From positions 49,559 to 113,558 of the forward strand of contig QPMI01000237.1 in NCBI GenBank assembly GCA_004431415.1: DNA of 64,000 nucleotides. The letters are read 5' to 3'. Below are positions 1 through 13,000 of this stretch, one piece after another. Each line of letters begins with the position of its first letter. Position 1 is the stretch's first letter. A program made the translations under genes and the position numbers. Source of the stretch: Cyanophora paradoxa CCMP329. Taxonomy: Eukaryota; Plantae; Glaucophyta. Under the pieces are notes generated by a model, which ran no database searches, was not told the DNA's origin, and saw only the letters and a list, made by a program, of their open reading frames with translations.

Positions 1-440
1 GATGGCCGGCCTCGACTTCAAGGGCAGCGTCGTCGACTGCCTCTTCCGCGACGTCAAGATCCACGGTCCGCCCGCCCCGCCCCGCCCCATCCCCCGCCGC
101 CCCCGCGAGCCGGGGCACGACGCCGGCGCCCGCCCCCGCAGGCTTTTGGATCACCCCGAGGCTCTACGCGGCGGGGGCGGAGAAGTGCGCCGCCCGGGCG
201 GGGGCGCGGGGCGGCGGGGGCCGACGCGGGCGCAGGTCGCGGGCGCTGGCGCAAGACTGCATGGCGCTGCTCGCGGACGGGGCGGTGAAGCCGCACTCGG
301 GGCGCGTCTTCCCCCTCGCCGAGGTCGCCCAGGCCGTCAAGCACCAGGTGCCCTGCCGCCGCCCCGCCGCCGCCGCGCTGCGCCGACACGCCCCGCAGGT
401 CCAGGACGCCCGCGGCGGCAAGGGCTTCCTCTCCTCTTAA
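1..440 (+). CDS. 3' end of an MDR-family (MECR/quinone oxidoreductase-like) reductase, spliced, truncated by the window edge
   Basis: Spliced reading LFRDVKIHGFWIT...LAQDCMALLADGAVKPHSGRVFPLAEVAQAVKHQ/VQDARGGKGFLSS*, resembling an MDR C-terminus; GT-AG intron at 66-141; TAA at 438-440. Confidence 0.7.
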   Translation, partial: WPASTSRAASSTASSATSRSTVRPPRPAPSPAAPASRGTTPAPAPAGFWITPRLYAAGAEKCAARAGARGGGGRRGRRSRALAQDCMALLADGAVKPHSGRVFPLAEVAQAVKHQVPCRRPAAAALRRHAPQVQDARGGKGFLSS

Positions 441-797
441 GCGCCCCGCCGGCCCCGGCCTATGCACGAGGCCCGCGGCGCCGCGAGCAGCTGTCTATCG
501 ATTACATAACTATTGAACAGAGCGAAGAGCGGACAGGGACGACGGGGGCTGACAAAGCAGGCCGCAGACCGCGGGAGCGGGGCGCGGGGGAAGCGAGACC
601 CAGGGCCGCTGCCAACAGCTGGAACCACGCGAGGGGCGGCCGGAAGGAGAGAGGACGCTGGAGCTTAGTACGGGGCGGAGGAAGGGTCGGGACAGGAGGC
701 CGGGGGGGCAGCATGGGCGAAGGGAGGTCAGGGGTGGTCCCGGTGGCCGAGGCTGCGCAGAGGGCGGGAGGCGGATGGGGCGGGAAAGGGTGGCGGG

Positions 798-2676
798 TCA
801 TGGGGCGGCCTTGAGCTTGAAGCCGGCGGGGGGCGGGCCGCCCTTGGCGGCGTAGCTCCTGCGGGGGCGTGAGCGGGGGCGGGAGCGGTGCGGGGCGGAT
901 AGGCGTGCCGGTCGAAGGCAGAGTAGTCCGTTTCCTCTTCCTCCTTGACGGCGCCGCGGCGGACCTCGAGCTCGTGGAGGAGGTCCTCGTCCTCCCCGCG
1001 CCGCCGCTTCCGCGTCGGGTCCTCGTGCAGCGACGGGAAGGTCGGCATCAGCTCCGGGTCCTTCGCCGGCGGGCTCTCCTGGAACCACGGGTGCCGCAGC
1101 GCCTCCGCCGCCGAGATCCGCTTCCTGCGCCCCGCCTCGCGCCCGGCGCGGCGGGGCGGGGCGGGGCGGGGCGGACACGGGGTCGTAGGTGAGCATGCGG
1201 TTGAGGAGGTCGAAGCCGGCCTCGGAGAGGTGCGGCTTGCCCGGGATGAAGGAGGCCGGCGGGAACTTCTGCCGCAGGTTGTTGTACGGCTGCTGCACCC
1301 ACCGCACCTTCTTGAAGTTCGGCAGCTCGTCCACCCCCTTCCAGATCTCCTTCGTCGGGGTCCCCAGCAGGCGGAAGATCTGGCGGCGGCTCGGGCGGGG
1401 CGGCGGGGGCGGGGCGGGCGGGGCGGGCGGGCCTTGTCGATCTGGTCGATCTCGCCCTTGCCCATGACGAGGGGCTCGCGCTGCAGCATCTCCGCGAAGA
1501 TGCACCCCGCCGACCACATGTCGATCGCCGTCGAGTAGCTCTTCGCCCCCAGCAGCAGCTCCGGCGCCCTGCCGCCCGTCACCCCCGCCGCCGGGGCGCG
1601 GCGGGGCGGGGCGGGGCGGGGCGGGGGCGCGCGCACCGGTACCAGAGGGTGACGACCATGTGGGTGTAGGGCTTGAGGGGGGAGCCGTACTGGCGGGCGA
1701 GGCCGAAGTCGCAGATCTTGAGGTGGCCGGCGTTGTCCATGAGCAGGTTGGAGGTCTTGAGGTCGCGGTGCAGGATCCAGTTGTCGTGGAGCGCCGCGAT
1801 CCCCTCGAGGAGCTGCAGCAGCAGGCACTTGACCTCGGCCGTCGTGAACGGCTGCTTCATGCCCTCCATCAGGCTCTTCAGGTCGTGCTCCATGAACTCC
1901 ATGACCATGAAGATGGCGTCGAGGTTGTGCCCCACGCAGATCTCCTTCACGTTCACGATGTTCTTGTGGTGGATGGAGAGTAGGATGTTGATCTCGCGCA
2001 GGGAGGTGACGGGGAAGCCCTCGCGCTCCCGCTCCATCTTCACCTTCTTGAGGGCCACCACCTCCCCCGTCTCCTTGTCCCGCGCCCGGAAGACCACCCC
2101 GTACGTCCCCTCGTCGATCCGGTTCATCTTCTCGTAGCAGTCCACGCTCCGGCACCCTGCGCGCCGCCCGTCGCACTCCCGCCCTACGCAGCGACCCGCG
2201 CGGGGGCGAGGGGCGCGCGAACCGAAGCCGCGGTCCCGCAGGGCGTTAACGATGGCTCGCGCCCCAGCCGGCGCCGGCGAGGGGCTCGACTGCGGCCGAT
2301 CCACCGATTCCGGCGGCGTCGCGTGATACTCCCGCTTCTCCACCTCCTCTTCCTCGTCATCCTTCTTCGCGCGCTCCACGTCGGGCGTTCGCGCCGAGTC
2401 TTCGTGCGCGGGAGTGTTCTCTTGCCCAGCGGCCGGCGTGCCAGCAGCTGGCGCCCCGCCTGGACTGAGGTCCACTTCGTTTGCGCTCAGCGTTGGCGGA
2501 GGCGTGGGGGCCTCCCAAATGCTGCGCTTCTTCCGCGGCGGCTCGGCCGCCGGAGGATCGCTTGGCACGGACGGCGGAGCGCTTTTGGCGGGGCGTCGAG
2601 CGTCGCCGTCCTGGCTGATGGGCGAGCCCTCCTGCACCTCGCCTTCCTCCAGCTTCGGCGAGTTCCGCGACGCCAT
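798..2676 (-). CDS. CDK11: Cyclin-dependent kinase 11 (PITSLRE/CDKG family), about 5 introns
   Basis: [85 protein letters not shown]-terminal GFKLK; the last exon is uncertain. Confidence 0.93.
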
Positions 2677-2804
2677 CGAGCGTCTGTCCACGACAGCTAC
2701 GCGTGCGCGGACGCTACGACTGAGCTGCTATGCGGCCAGGCGGTGGGCTTTGTCGCTCAGCAGGTATCAGGCTCTACCCCCCTGTGCAGCACTCTTTCGC
2801 TGCA

Positions 2805-4728
2805 ATGGCGGGCGAGGAGAGCGGTGAGAAGCGCTCCAAGAAGCGGAAGGCGTCGCGCGGAAGCGATGGCGAGCCTCCCTCGCGCGTCCAGCTATCCCGC
2901 GAGCGTATCAACGTAGACCCGATTGATGAGGTGGAGCGGCGGCGCGAAAAGGACAAGTGTATTGACGTCGACGGCAAGGGCGGCCAGTCGGAGCGGAGGG
3001 CGAAGAAGAAGGCAGAGCGCGCGGCTGCTGAACCATCGCCTGAGCCGGAGGCGGCGTTGGACGAGGTGGGCAGCGAACCGCAAGAGAAGAAGAAGAAGCG
3101 GAAGCACACAGAGGACGCGGAGGTGCGCGAACTGGCGCCGCCAGCATCGAAGAAGGCGCGCGGACGCAAGCTCAAAGAAGACGCTCCATCGCCAGCACCG
3201 GAGGCATCCGACGACGCGCATGCGTCTGCGGGAGAAGATGCGGAGGGAAGCTCGAGCGCTGCGCGTATGCAGCGAGCGGAGGAGAGGAAGCCATCGCCAG
3301 GCAGGGGTGAGGGGGATCGCCGCCCAGTGCGGGACGGCGGGGACGTCCGGCCGGGCAAAGGACACGGGCGCGGCAAATTCGTCTTCGGGAACTACGACCG
3401 CTACTACGGCTACAGGACGGGCCACGAGGGGGACGCGCGGATGCAGTTCCTCAAGCGTCGCTGGTTCCGAGGCAAACGCTGCCTGGACGTCGGCTGCAAC
3501 TCCGGCGCGCTGACCATCGCGATCGGTGCGTGCCGCGGCCCGCGCAGCGCCGGTGGGCGCTGAGTGCGAAGGCGCGGGCAGCGCGGGAGTTCGAGCCGGC
3601 GCACATCGTGGGGGTCGACATCGACGCCAAGCTCATCGCAAACGCGCGGCGCCACGTTCGGCAGCAGTTCTGGGGCCGCGGACCCGCCTCCCAGGGCCCC
3701 GCTCCCAGCTCGAAGCCCGCCGAGTCGGCCCGGATGTCTCCGGCGGCGGAGGCGCCTGCAGCGGCGCCGCCTGGCCCGAAGGCGACAACGCTGAGCATGG
3801 TGCCGCGGGCGGCACAGCTACGGGGGGCGAAGGAAGGCCCTACGACGCACATGATGCGGACCCAGCAGACGAAGGAGCAGGAGCCGATCGAGGAGGAGGC
3901 CGAGGCCGCGCGCATGGCGCGCCGCAGGCGGGGCGATCCGGAGGAAGCGCCCGAGGAGGACGAGGCGGCGCCCGAGCGGCAGGGCCCGGCGCACACGCGG
4001 GAGGATCTCGGCTGGCCGTACAACGTGCGCTGCGCGGGGCGGGGCGGGGCGGGGCGCGACGGGACGGCAGGTCTCGTTCCGCGTGGAGAACTACGTGGAG
4101 ATGGAGCGTCCGGAGGTGCCCCCGCCGGCGCCCGGGCCCGAGGAGGAGGCCCCCCCAAAGCGGAGGAAGGAGAGGGCCGAGGGGGCCGCCCCCCCGCCCC
4201 CGCCGGGACCCGCGGCGGACCACGGCGACCACAGCGAGGACGGCGCCTACGACGTGATCTTGTGGCGCGTGAGGCCGCGCGGTGGGGCCGTGGAGGGGCC
4301 TGACGGGCTGGCGCAGCATGAGCGTGACGAAGTGGGTGCACCTCAACTGGGGCGACGACGGCCTCCTCTTCCTCTTCCGCAAGGCGCGCAGCACCGCCGG
4401 CCTCGCCCCCGCGCCTCACGGGGCGCCGCAGATGCACCGGAGCCTGAAGCCCGGGGGCGTGCTGATTCTGGAGCCGCAGCCGTGGCGCTCGTACCAGAAG
4501 AAGCACCGGATCTCGCCGGTGACGCGGTACCACTTCGAGCACGCGAAGCTGCGGCCCGACACCTTCCCCGCCGTCCTCGCCCGCGACATAGGCTTCTCCT
4601 CCGTCGAGCTCATCGGCGTCCGCCCCCGGCCCGCCCGCCCGCCCCGCCCCGCCCGCCCGAACGCCCCGCAGGTGCCCGAGGACGAGCGGGAGAACTTCCG
4701 CCGCCCCATCTACAAGTGCACCAAGTAG
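2805..4728 (+). CDS. MEPCE: Bin3/MEPCE-type SAM-dependent RNA methyltransferase (7SK methylphosphate capping enzyme family)
   Basis: [67 protein letters not shown] motifs spread over spliced exons. Confidence 0.9.
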
Positions 4729-4815
4729 CCGGCTCCCCGTTCCCCCTCCCGGAGTCCGCACTAGTATACGTACTGCCCAAATCCCACGTGCCCGGTCTAC
4801 TAGAGCTACGCATGG

Positions 4816-5890
4816 CTACGCTGAGGCCTCGTCGTTGGGGGGGTCAGGCAGGGGAGGGGCGTCGGGGCGGGTGGCAGAAGCGCCGAGAAGGCGGAAGTGC
4901 TCGTCGGGGCTCGAAAGGGCGTAGCTATAGGCGGCGTGGACCCCGCACGTGGAGAGCAGGCAGGGGTTCGCCCCGCCGGCGATGAAGATGAGCGGGAGCC
5001 AGAACTCGGCGATGGCCACACAGGAGGCGTCTAGCAACCCACCAGAGCCCACGAGCACCTCGCACTCCTGGCATCTGCGCGCGCGCAAGCCCGCTCCTTA
5101 TATCAGCTGCAGCAGCGCCAGTGCCGAGGATCAAGGATCCGGGCCCGGGGGAACTCGGGAGTGTGCTCACGAAATCGCGGACACGGCGCGGGCTGCATCG
5201 TCTCTGCGCAACTCAAAGTGAGCTGAGGGCCGAGGAGCGGATCCGGACGCGCGCGCGACGCGGGCGCCACGCAACAGGAAGCCGAGGAGGCGCGCGATAC
5301 CCTCCGGCGTAGGCCGCGTTCCCTCTCTGCGGAACCACAGCACTTGTCATGAGAGAGCGGCAGTTGCACGCGCCATAGGGGGATACGGACGGGAAGTATT
5401 GCAGAACAGACTCCAGCACGATGAGAGAGGGCATTTGCTGGCGCGGGATCAAGTGTGCGTTCGCCAGAAAACCAAACAAAGCCTCGGAAGTTCGGATCCA
5501 CTTCATGCCGCAGCGCGCGAGCGCTGGATCGTCCCCATCGATGCCTTCGTGAAGCGATGGCCGAATCTTGTTCAACCGCTGCCGTACTGTGCTCGTCAAC
5601 CGATTATAACGTTGAGATTAGATTAGATTATTACGAGCACAGTATTAGATTAGAGAGAGGGGTCGCGGTTAACGTTGAATTCGAACCTGCTTGTCGGCGA
5701 TGAAGTACACGGCCCGTCCAGCGCGCGCGCAGTTGAACGCGTACGTAAAGAGGAGTGAAGTTGTACCGCTCTCGTCTGGCCCGTGCAGTAAAGCTCGGTC
5801 GCATGGGGGGAGCGCGGCGCAGAGCGACTGCAGCTCCGCGTGCAAGGCGTCCTCCGCCGCGGGGCGGAAGAACAATGGCAGCTGGATCAT
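4816..5890 (-). CDS. RecA/RAD51-paralogue-like protein, SWSAP1-like
   Basis: Degenerate Walker A LLHGPDESGTTSLLFTYAFNCARAGRAVYFI; later exons ALARCGMK/..EALFGFLANAHL and Walker-B-like PSLIVLES; exon chain uncertain. Confidence 0.6.
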
Positions 5891-6227
5891 GCGCCTTCAG
5901 GCGCTCAAAGCGCTCGAGCTCACGCGCTCAACGCGCTTGAACTTTTTTGTTTTCTGGGGTACGCTTGCCGGCAACCTGCAGCGGCTCTAGCTGCTGCGGC
6001 GCGCAGCTATCAAAACGCTGTATCGCGTGCTATCTGGCGCGCTGCGCACGCGCGCATCGGGCGGAAGCGAGCCTGAGCGAGCTTGCAGCAAAAGCGTGCA
6101 GCGAGGCATCCGGGCCTCTGTGGCGTTTAGCTCAGCTTGTACCGCACGGCACCTGCAGCTGAGCCCGCTGGTCAGCAAGGCATCTGCGAGTGGACCTGCG
6201 GGGTCCCTTAGCTGAGCCGCAGCCGCG

Positions 6228-9116
6228 ATGGATTTGGTTCTCAGCCGTGTAGACTACCTGCAGGCGCGTGCACTCGCTTGCCATCGGAACCGCACTCGCT
6301 CTGCCTCCCGCTCTGACTACTGATGCGGCAGGTCTCGTCGACCTGCAGGCGGTCGATGCGGCTGCTGCGGGCAGAGAAGAAGCGTTCCCATCAGGTCGTG
6401 GTCGCGGATGACACGGGCTCCATCGTCTGCTTCGGCGCGAAGAAGGGCCAGCTGCAGACGGTGTTCAAGACGCAGCCCACCGGAAAAGAAGTGAACCGCC
6501 TGGAGCTTGGCGGCGCTCGCGGCGATAAGACGAAGATCTTTACATCGTCTGGAAGCACTATACGAGGGGTGACTAAGAAAGGAAAGGAATTCTTCAAGTT
6601 CCAAACGAATCTGACCGAGACGATCAACTCGCTGTACGTGGAGGATGTGAACATCTGGACAGCGGGGGAGTTCGTTTACAACGTATTCGTCGACTGCAAT
6701 GTGCGCCCGCGCGCATCCTGGCCGGGTGGCGGGGTGGATGGGGCAGGGGCGTGGGTAGGCGGGGAGGGCCCCTCCGACTCGCGCCACAGGACAAGAACTA
6801 CTACATGGCGGGCGACCGGATCAACGACATGATCGTGGATGTGGTGTCGGGGGACCCGTCGAACGTGGGCGGCTACGACGGCGTCTTGGGCTGCCAGGAC
6901 CGCTTCATCCGGGTCATCCAGGGCTCCAACCTCTTCTACGAGTGCGCCCTGGACGGCGCCTGCAATGCGCTCGCGCGGTACACGCCGCGGCGACGGGTCG
7001 GCCCCGACGGGGACGACGTCGACGAGGACACGCCGGACCCGGCGGCGAAGCAGCGGGAAGTGCTCTACGGGACGGACAACGGGCTCGTGGGGGTCGTGCA
7101 GATGGACGCCGTGGGCATCAAGAAAGGGTGGAAGATCGCGAACACGAAGCGGCTCGGGGCGGTGCAGTGCGTGGCGGCGTACGACCTGACGGAGGACGGG
7201 CGCAACGACGTTGTCGTCGGGCGCGACGACGGCTCCGTGGAAGTCTACTGCTTCGACGTCAGCGACGAGCCGCGCCTCGTCTTCTCGAAGAACGTCGCCG
7301 AGTCGGTGACGGCGCTGGACGTGGGGGTGGTGCAGAACCCGCCCTACCGCGAGATCGTCCTCTCCACCTACGGCGGCAAGGTCCTCTCCTTCACCGCCGC
7401 CCCCGAGCCCGAGCGGGCCCCCGAGCTCGACAAGCCCCTGCCCGACCCCAAGGAGGAGAAGAAGAAGGAGAAGGAGAAGAAGGCGGCGGGGGCCAAGGGC
7501 CCGGACCCGAAGGGGGACATGGCGAAGAGCATCCAGTCGCTGCGCGGGGACCTCGACAAGCTGCGGGGGCAGGTGGGGCAGGCCCGCGACAAGTACCTCA
7601 AGAGTACCCAGGACGTCGTCGCCGTCGCCCCCGCCTTCAAGGCCCGCCCGCCCGCCCGCCCGCCCGGCCCCGTGCCTCACGCCGCCGCGCAGGTCAACGA
7701 TAAGTTTGTCCTCAGCGGGGAGGACGCCAGCTACACGCTTACGATCGAGATCCAGGCGCGGCCGGGCGGCGGCGCGGGGGGTGGGGCGCGGGGCGGGGCG
7801 TGACGCGTGCCGCAGACGCCGATCGACGTGGTGGCGCTGCAGAGCGAGGCGGCGATCGACCTGCTGGACATGGACACGAGCGTCGCGATCGTCTCGCGGA
7901 CGCCGCCGGAGCCGGAGTCCGGGAGCCGCCTGCTGGCGACCTTCCGCTGCCAGGAGGCCGTCTCCCGCCTCGAGATCAAGCTCCGCTCCACCGAGGGCCA
8001 CCACGGGCCCCTCCAGGCCCGCGCCCCGCCCCGCTGCGCCGCCCCGCCCCGCCGCGCCGCGCCCCTCACCCGCCGCAGGTCTACGTAATGCCCCGCGTCA
8101 CCCCTAAGAGCTGCACCCTCCTCTCCTACTCCATCAAGCCCCTCTCCCTCCACCAGGTGCAGGGGCCGGGCGGGGGCGGCGGGGCGGGGCGAGCCGGCGG
8201 GGCGCAGCGGGTGGCGGAGCTGCCGGAGGACGCGCTGACGCGGCCGATGAGCGAGCTGCGGCTGACGGGGAGCTTCTCGCTGGCGGACGCGCACGCGTGG
8301 GTCGTGGGCGTCCTCCCCGAGGTCCCCGCCCGCTACCCCGCCGGCGACGAGCTCTCCTTCTGGTTCCGCAACGTCTTCCTCGGCCCGCCCGCGACCCGCC
8401 GGCGCCCCGCCCGCCCCGCCCGGTTCCTGACGGGCGGCGTAGGGACGCTGCTGACGTGCACGTACAAGAAGGGGGAGGCGTCGTTCCGGTCGGACTCGCT
8501 CTCGACGCTGGCGATCCTGAAGGAGTTCGTGTCGCGGGAGGCGACGGCGAAGAAGATCTCGGTGCGGCCGTCGTTCGACATCAAGGAGGAGAGCGTCCCG
8601 CACGTCCTCCGCCTCCTGCACCCGCGCGTCGAGTACCAGCGCGGCCTCGCCCTCAAGGTCCGCCTCATCGAGGCCCTCAAGGAGCTCTCCATGCACGTGC
8701 GCCCGCCCCGCCGGCCCCCGCCGCCCTGCCCCCGCGTCGCCCCGCGACTCCCCGCAGGAGGAGGACACGAGCTACATGACGGACGAGTACAAGGGCATCC
8801 TCGCCAACGCGGAGACCATCCAGCGCGACTTCGCGGTGCGCTGGGCCGGCCCTCGCTCTGTGCGGCCGGCTGGGGCGAGCTGGGCGGCAGAACCAGCCGC
8901 GGCGTCTCGAGTTCCTCAACTGCATCGTAGCCGACCTCTACATTGATCGCCTCAAGTTCAAGGCGCGGCACGCGCCGGCGCCCCATGCCTGCCCCCCGTG
9001 ACCGCACCCCGCAGGGCCTCGACGGACGCGCGCGCCTCCCTGCGCTGCAGAAGCTGCTCGAAAGCTACGACTCCATAGACCGCCTCACCGCCTTCTTCCT
9101 CGAGCCCATCGCGTAG
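6228..9116 (+). CDS. BBS7: Bardet-Biedl syndrome 7 protein (BBSome subunit), 10 introns
   Basis: N-terminus MDLVLSRVDYLQ/VSSTCRRSMRLL; TKKGKEFFKFQTNLTE, LGCQDRFIRV, VVGRDDGSVEVY, LLATFRCQ, IKPLSLHQ, FRSDSLSTLAILKEFVSREAT, DLYIDRLKFKG; TAG at 9114-9116. Confidence 0.95.
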
Positions 9117-10071
9117 AGCCAGCGCTAGCGCTAGCACCGCCGCGGCGCCGGAACCCCTCGCCCCGACCTGCCCCCCTTCGATTCGAAGCTTCTGGCCTTT
9201 CGTCCCCCCGCCTCTCGCTTCCCCTCCGGCTCCGTCACTGTTAGTTTCCGGCCCAGTCAATGCAGTCTTGGGGACTCCGGCATATGCATGGCGCGGCTGC
9301 TCGTGATCAGCGCCAGCGCTAGCGCTAACGCTAGTACTAGTATACTGCCAGCTACAGTGATGGGATGTCGACGTCGACCGATGCGCCGAATTCGAAAGCG
9401 GCCCGGGCCGGGTACCGGTACAGATCTAGATGCCCTGGAGCTCATCGTTACATGCGCACATAAGCGACATGTACGGCTTCAGCCTCAAGTCATTGAGGGG
9501 TACACCAACCGCAGCACTGGTTCTGCGAATTGATAACACAGCCTAGCCTGGCAGGCAGACTGCTATAGCCGCGCGTCCCCGTTGAGGCCGCGACTTCAAC
9601 GGGGCGCGGTGCGTGCGCGCGCACCGCGGCCCCAGTTAACGTTTTTCCTGCCCCGCCGCGTTACATTTCTCGCAGGAACATCACGCTTCGGAAGGCCTCG
9701 GGTGCGGACGACGCCGACGGGAAAACCCCTCCGCTGGAGGTCGCGGCCGTCGACGTCCCGGCACGAGCTCGAGCCCCGGCCTTTTTGAATATGCATGCTA
9801 TTGAAAACTGAAGAGTATTGGATCCGCACCACCTTTGTTTTCTGAGGCAATCGTTAGTCTACTTCAAGATCTCTAGGTTAGTGCCCAGCGAACCCAAAAT
9901 ATCCAGCTGCTCATATACTGGCTCGCCCCCTGAAAAAATGTTTCCGAAGCTATTGCTTTGCAACTGATTGCAAAACACTGTGCCCTAGATCAGGGGCTGG
10001 CACCGGTTTATACATAGCCGGGGGCGGGTGGCGAGTTCTTACATTTCAAATTATTTAAAAGTTGAACTCGA

Positions 10072-13000
10072 TTTTTTTTTTTGGTGAATTACCGGCCACA
10101 GTCTCTAGACACCAGCACTGCGGGGGCTGCCCAGGGGGCATAGAGACAAAATAGCAAAATAACTAAGACAAGAGCACGAAGAAAGATAAGACAAAGAGCC
10201 AAAATCGACAATAAAAAAGGAAAGACACAGAGCTCGAGACAGATCGATTGCGAGAAGAGACGATAAATCGAGCAGATCTAGGGACAGAGGATAACTGACA
10301 CGAAGAAGAGCCAGAGCTAGAGGATAACTGACACGAAGAAGAGCCAGAGCTAGAGATACCATCAATATCAGAAGGAATTACATCACTAAGAAGCGGGGGA
10401 CAAAATTGAGAAAGATAAATAACAGGAAGAAGACAAGTAAGAGGAACAACAAGACGACATGGAGGCGGAGGCGAAGCAGGACGATGCGAAAGGGCAGAGC
10501 TACGGCACGAGGTCGAGGAGGACACAGGAGGCGGAGCAGGCGGATCAAGAGCAGGCAAAAGAACAGTCAAAGGAATCACTAAAGCCGGCCGGGGTCGAGG
10601 CGGGCAATCGAACTGCAAACGACGGCGAACAACAGGTCGAGCACGAGGACTATAGCTAGTATTGAAACTAACTCTAGCATCAACACTACGATCAGAATCC
10701 GAACCAGACCGAACTAAACTAGAAGACGAAGAAGTACGCCGGCGCCGGCGGATACGATCGCGACCAGCGAAGCAGAAGACAAGGACAAAGGCGGTAGTCC
10801 GGTATCAAGAACAAAGGCCGGAGGGTCCGGCCCGGCAAACCGCCGGGGGAAGTAGAAGGAGCCGCAGGCTCGGCAAGCCGGCGACGGGTACGACCACGAG
10901 TCCGGAAGGAGATCGGGGAAGCCGGTCCCGGAGCTGAGGGCCCAGGAGCAGAGCCAGGAGAAGGTAAGCCCGGCGAGAAATCTGACCCGGAGCCGGAACC
11001 CAGCGAACGACGACGACGAAGAGGCCCCCGAGGAGCCACGACGGGGGAGCTACCGAGCAAAGTACTGACAGCCGGCGCCGAACACGGCGGCGGAGGTACC
11101 CCGCAGACAGTGGCAGGCGGAGAGTCCAGGGTCGATCGAGAGATCCGCCGACGGGAATGCGGCGGGGGCCGACGAGACGGAAGAGGCGAGGAGGGGCCGA
11201 GGAAGGGTCGGAGGCAGGGGAAGGGCCACGAGCAGGTGACGGGGATCGCTGCCGGCGCCGAAGAGAGGGCAGCAAAGCAGGAGAAAGGTCGGGTGGCGCC
11301 GGAGCAGATGACACGGAGGTCATGGCCATGGGCGGTGCAGAGAGAGACGAGCTCGAGGGCGCAAGGGCCCGACGAGGGCGCCGGCGGCGAATCTCACGAG
11401 CGCCAGGAAGCGGGATAGGACCCGCAGATGGGACCCGAGGCGCCGAAGGGGAGCAGGGAGCCGGAATGACGGGGAGATCGAAAAGAGGACAGTCTCGCCA
11501 ACACTCGGAAGCGGGGCAGAGGCCGAGGACCCGGAGCTCGAGGGGGGGAGGGAGGGCGGAGGAGGAGAGAGGAGGCGGCTATTCGAAGGGTATGGAGAAT
11601 CGAGAGCGGAGGCGAGGGAGGCCGAAGTGATGGCGAGCTCTGGAGGCGAGGGGGCCTGCAAGCGGATCCGGGAAAGTGGATGCAGACGCAAAGAGACCGG
11701 GGACGTAGAGGCGGGAGGGGCATGCAAAAAGATAGTGCCGCCCAGCGTCACAGTTGCAGAAGCGGGGGCAAGAAGGATGGGCTGAAGAGGGGGCTGAACC
11801 AGGAGGACGTCAGAAAGAGGGCCTCGCAGGGGCGGAAGTGGAGGAGCAAGGGGAAGAGGTAAGAAGGGGTATGGAGCTGCAAGATGACCAGGGACCTGCC
11901 GGGGAACAGGCAAGTGAAGAGGCCCCGTGACAGCAAGTTGTAAGGAGGGAGGAGGCAGAGGCGGGGCCAGAGGGCCAAGGAGCACAGGGATCGGGACCGC
12001 AGGGAATGGGGGAAAGGAGCGTCGAGAGGGGCAGCGAGAGCAGGAATAGGAATGGGCCCAAGGGTCACTACAGGGGCCAGAGCAGGAGGGGACGGCGCAG
12101 GAGGCGGGCGACCACCAGGGATCCCAACGGGACATTCCCACGAACGGCAAACTCCGCAGGATTCCGGAGGACAGAATCGATGTCACGCGAAGAGACGAGG
12201 TTGTCAGCACCGCCCGAAGAAGGAGCGCCGGACGAGTCAGAATCAGAGCTTGAACTAGAACGATGAGAACCGGTACCAGACTCTGAATCATGTGCGTCAT
12301 CATCCGAGGCAGCCTGATCATCAGCGTCAGCAGCAGCCAAGCGAGCGCGCCGCTCCTCCAACAAGGCCGAAGCCTGCGAAAGGGTGAACTCGAGGTACGA
12401 CATATTTCTGTCCCAGGCGGCAACAAGCGCGGCGCGGTTGTAAGAAGGCGCATCAATGTCAGCCTCCTCAAGATCGCACCGAGCGCGAGCAACCTGTTGG
12501 ATGGAAAATACGCCAGCAAGGATCGCTCCAAGTGAGCGAAGGCAGAAGGCGGGGTTAACTTTACTGCGCAAAATGGGCCCAGATAAATCCGGAACCGAGA
12601 GGATGTGGAAGAGAGAGAGCTCAGGCACTGCGACCTCTTCACGCTCATCCGGTGGAAGAGTAGAAGCCCAGAAATTCAGGCGCTCACGAATGAAATCCCA
12701 GAACGAACGAGAAAGCGGGCACTCAGAGAAAACGTGCGCGTGAGAGCGAGCAGATCCGTCATTACAAACCCGACAGAAACGACGGCGGGGCGACTGTTGC
12801 TCGCCCAAACGATACAATTTGAAATGCAAACGGTAAAGAGCATCGATCCAAAGCATCGGGAAACACTGAAGGACGACAAGATTAGGAAGACGGGACGGAG
12901 ACAAGGCGCCGGGAAACCCCCACTTAGCATCGGGCATCTGAGCGTGGCTAGACACATCGCGAAGCCGCTGGACCTCAAGGCAGTAGAAGCGACGAACAGA

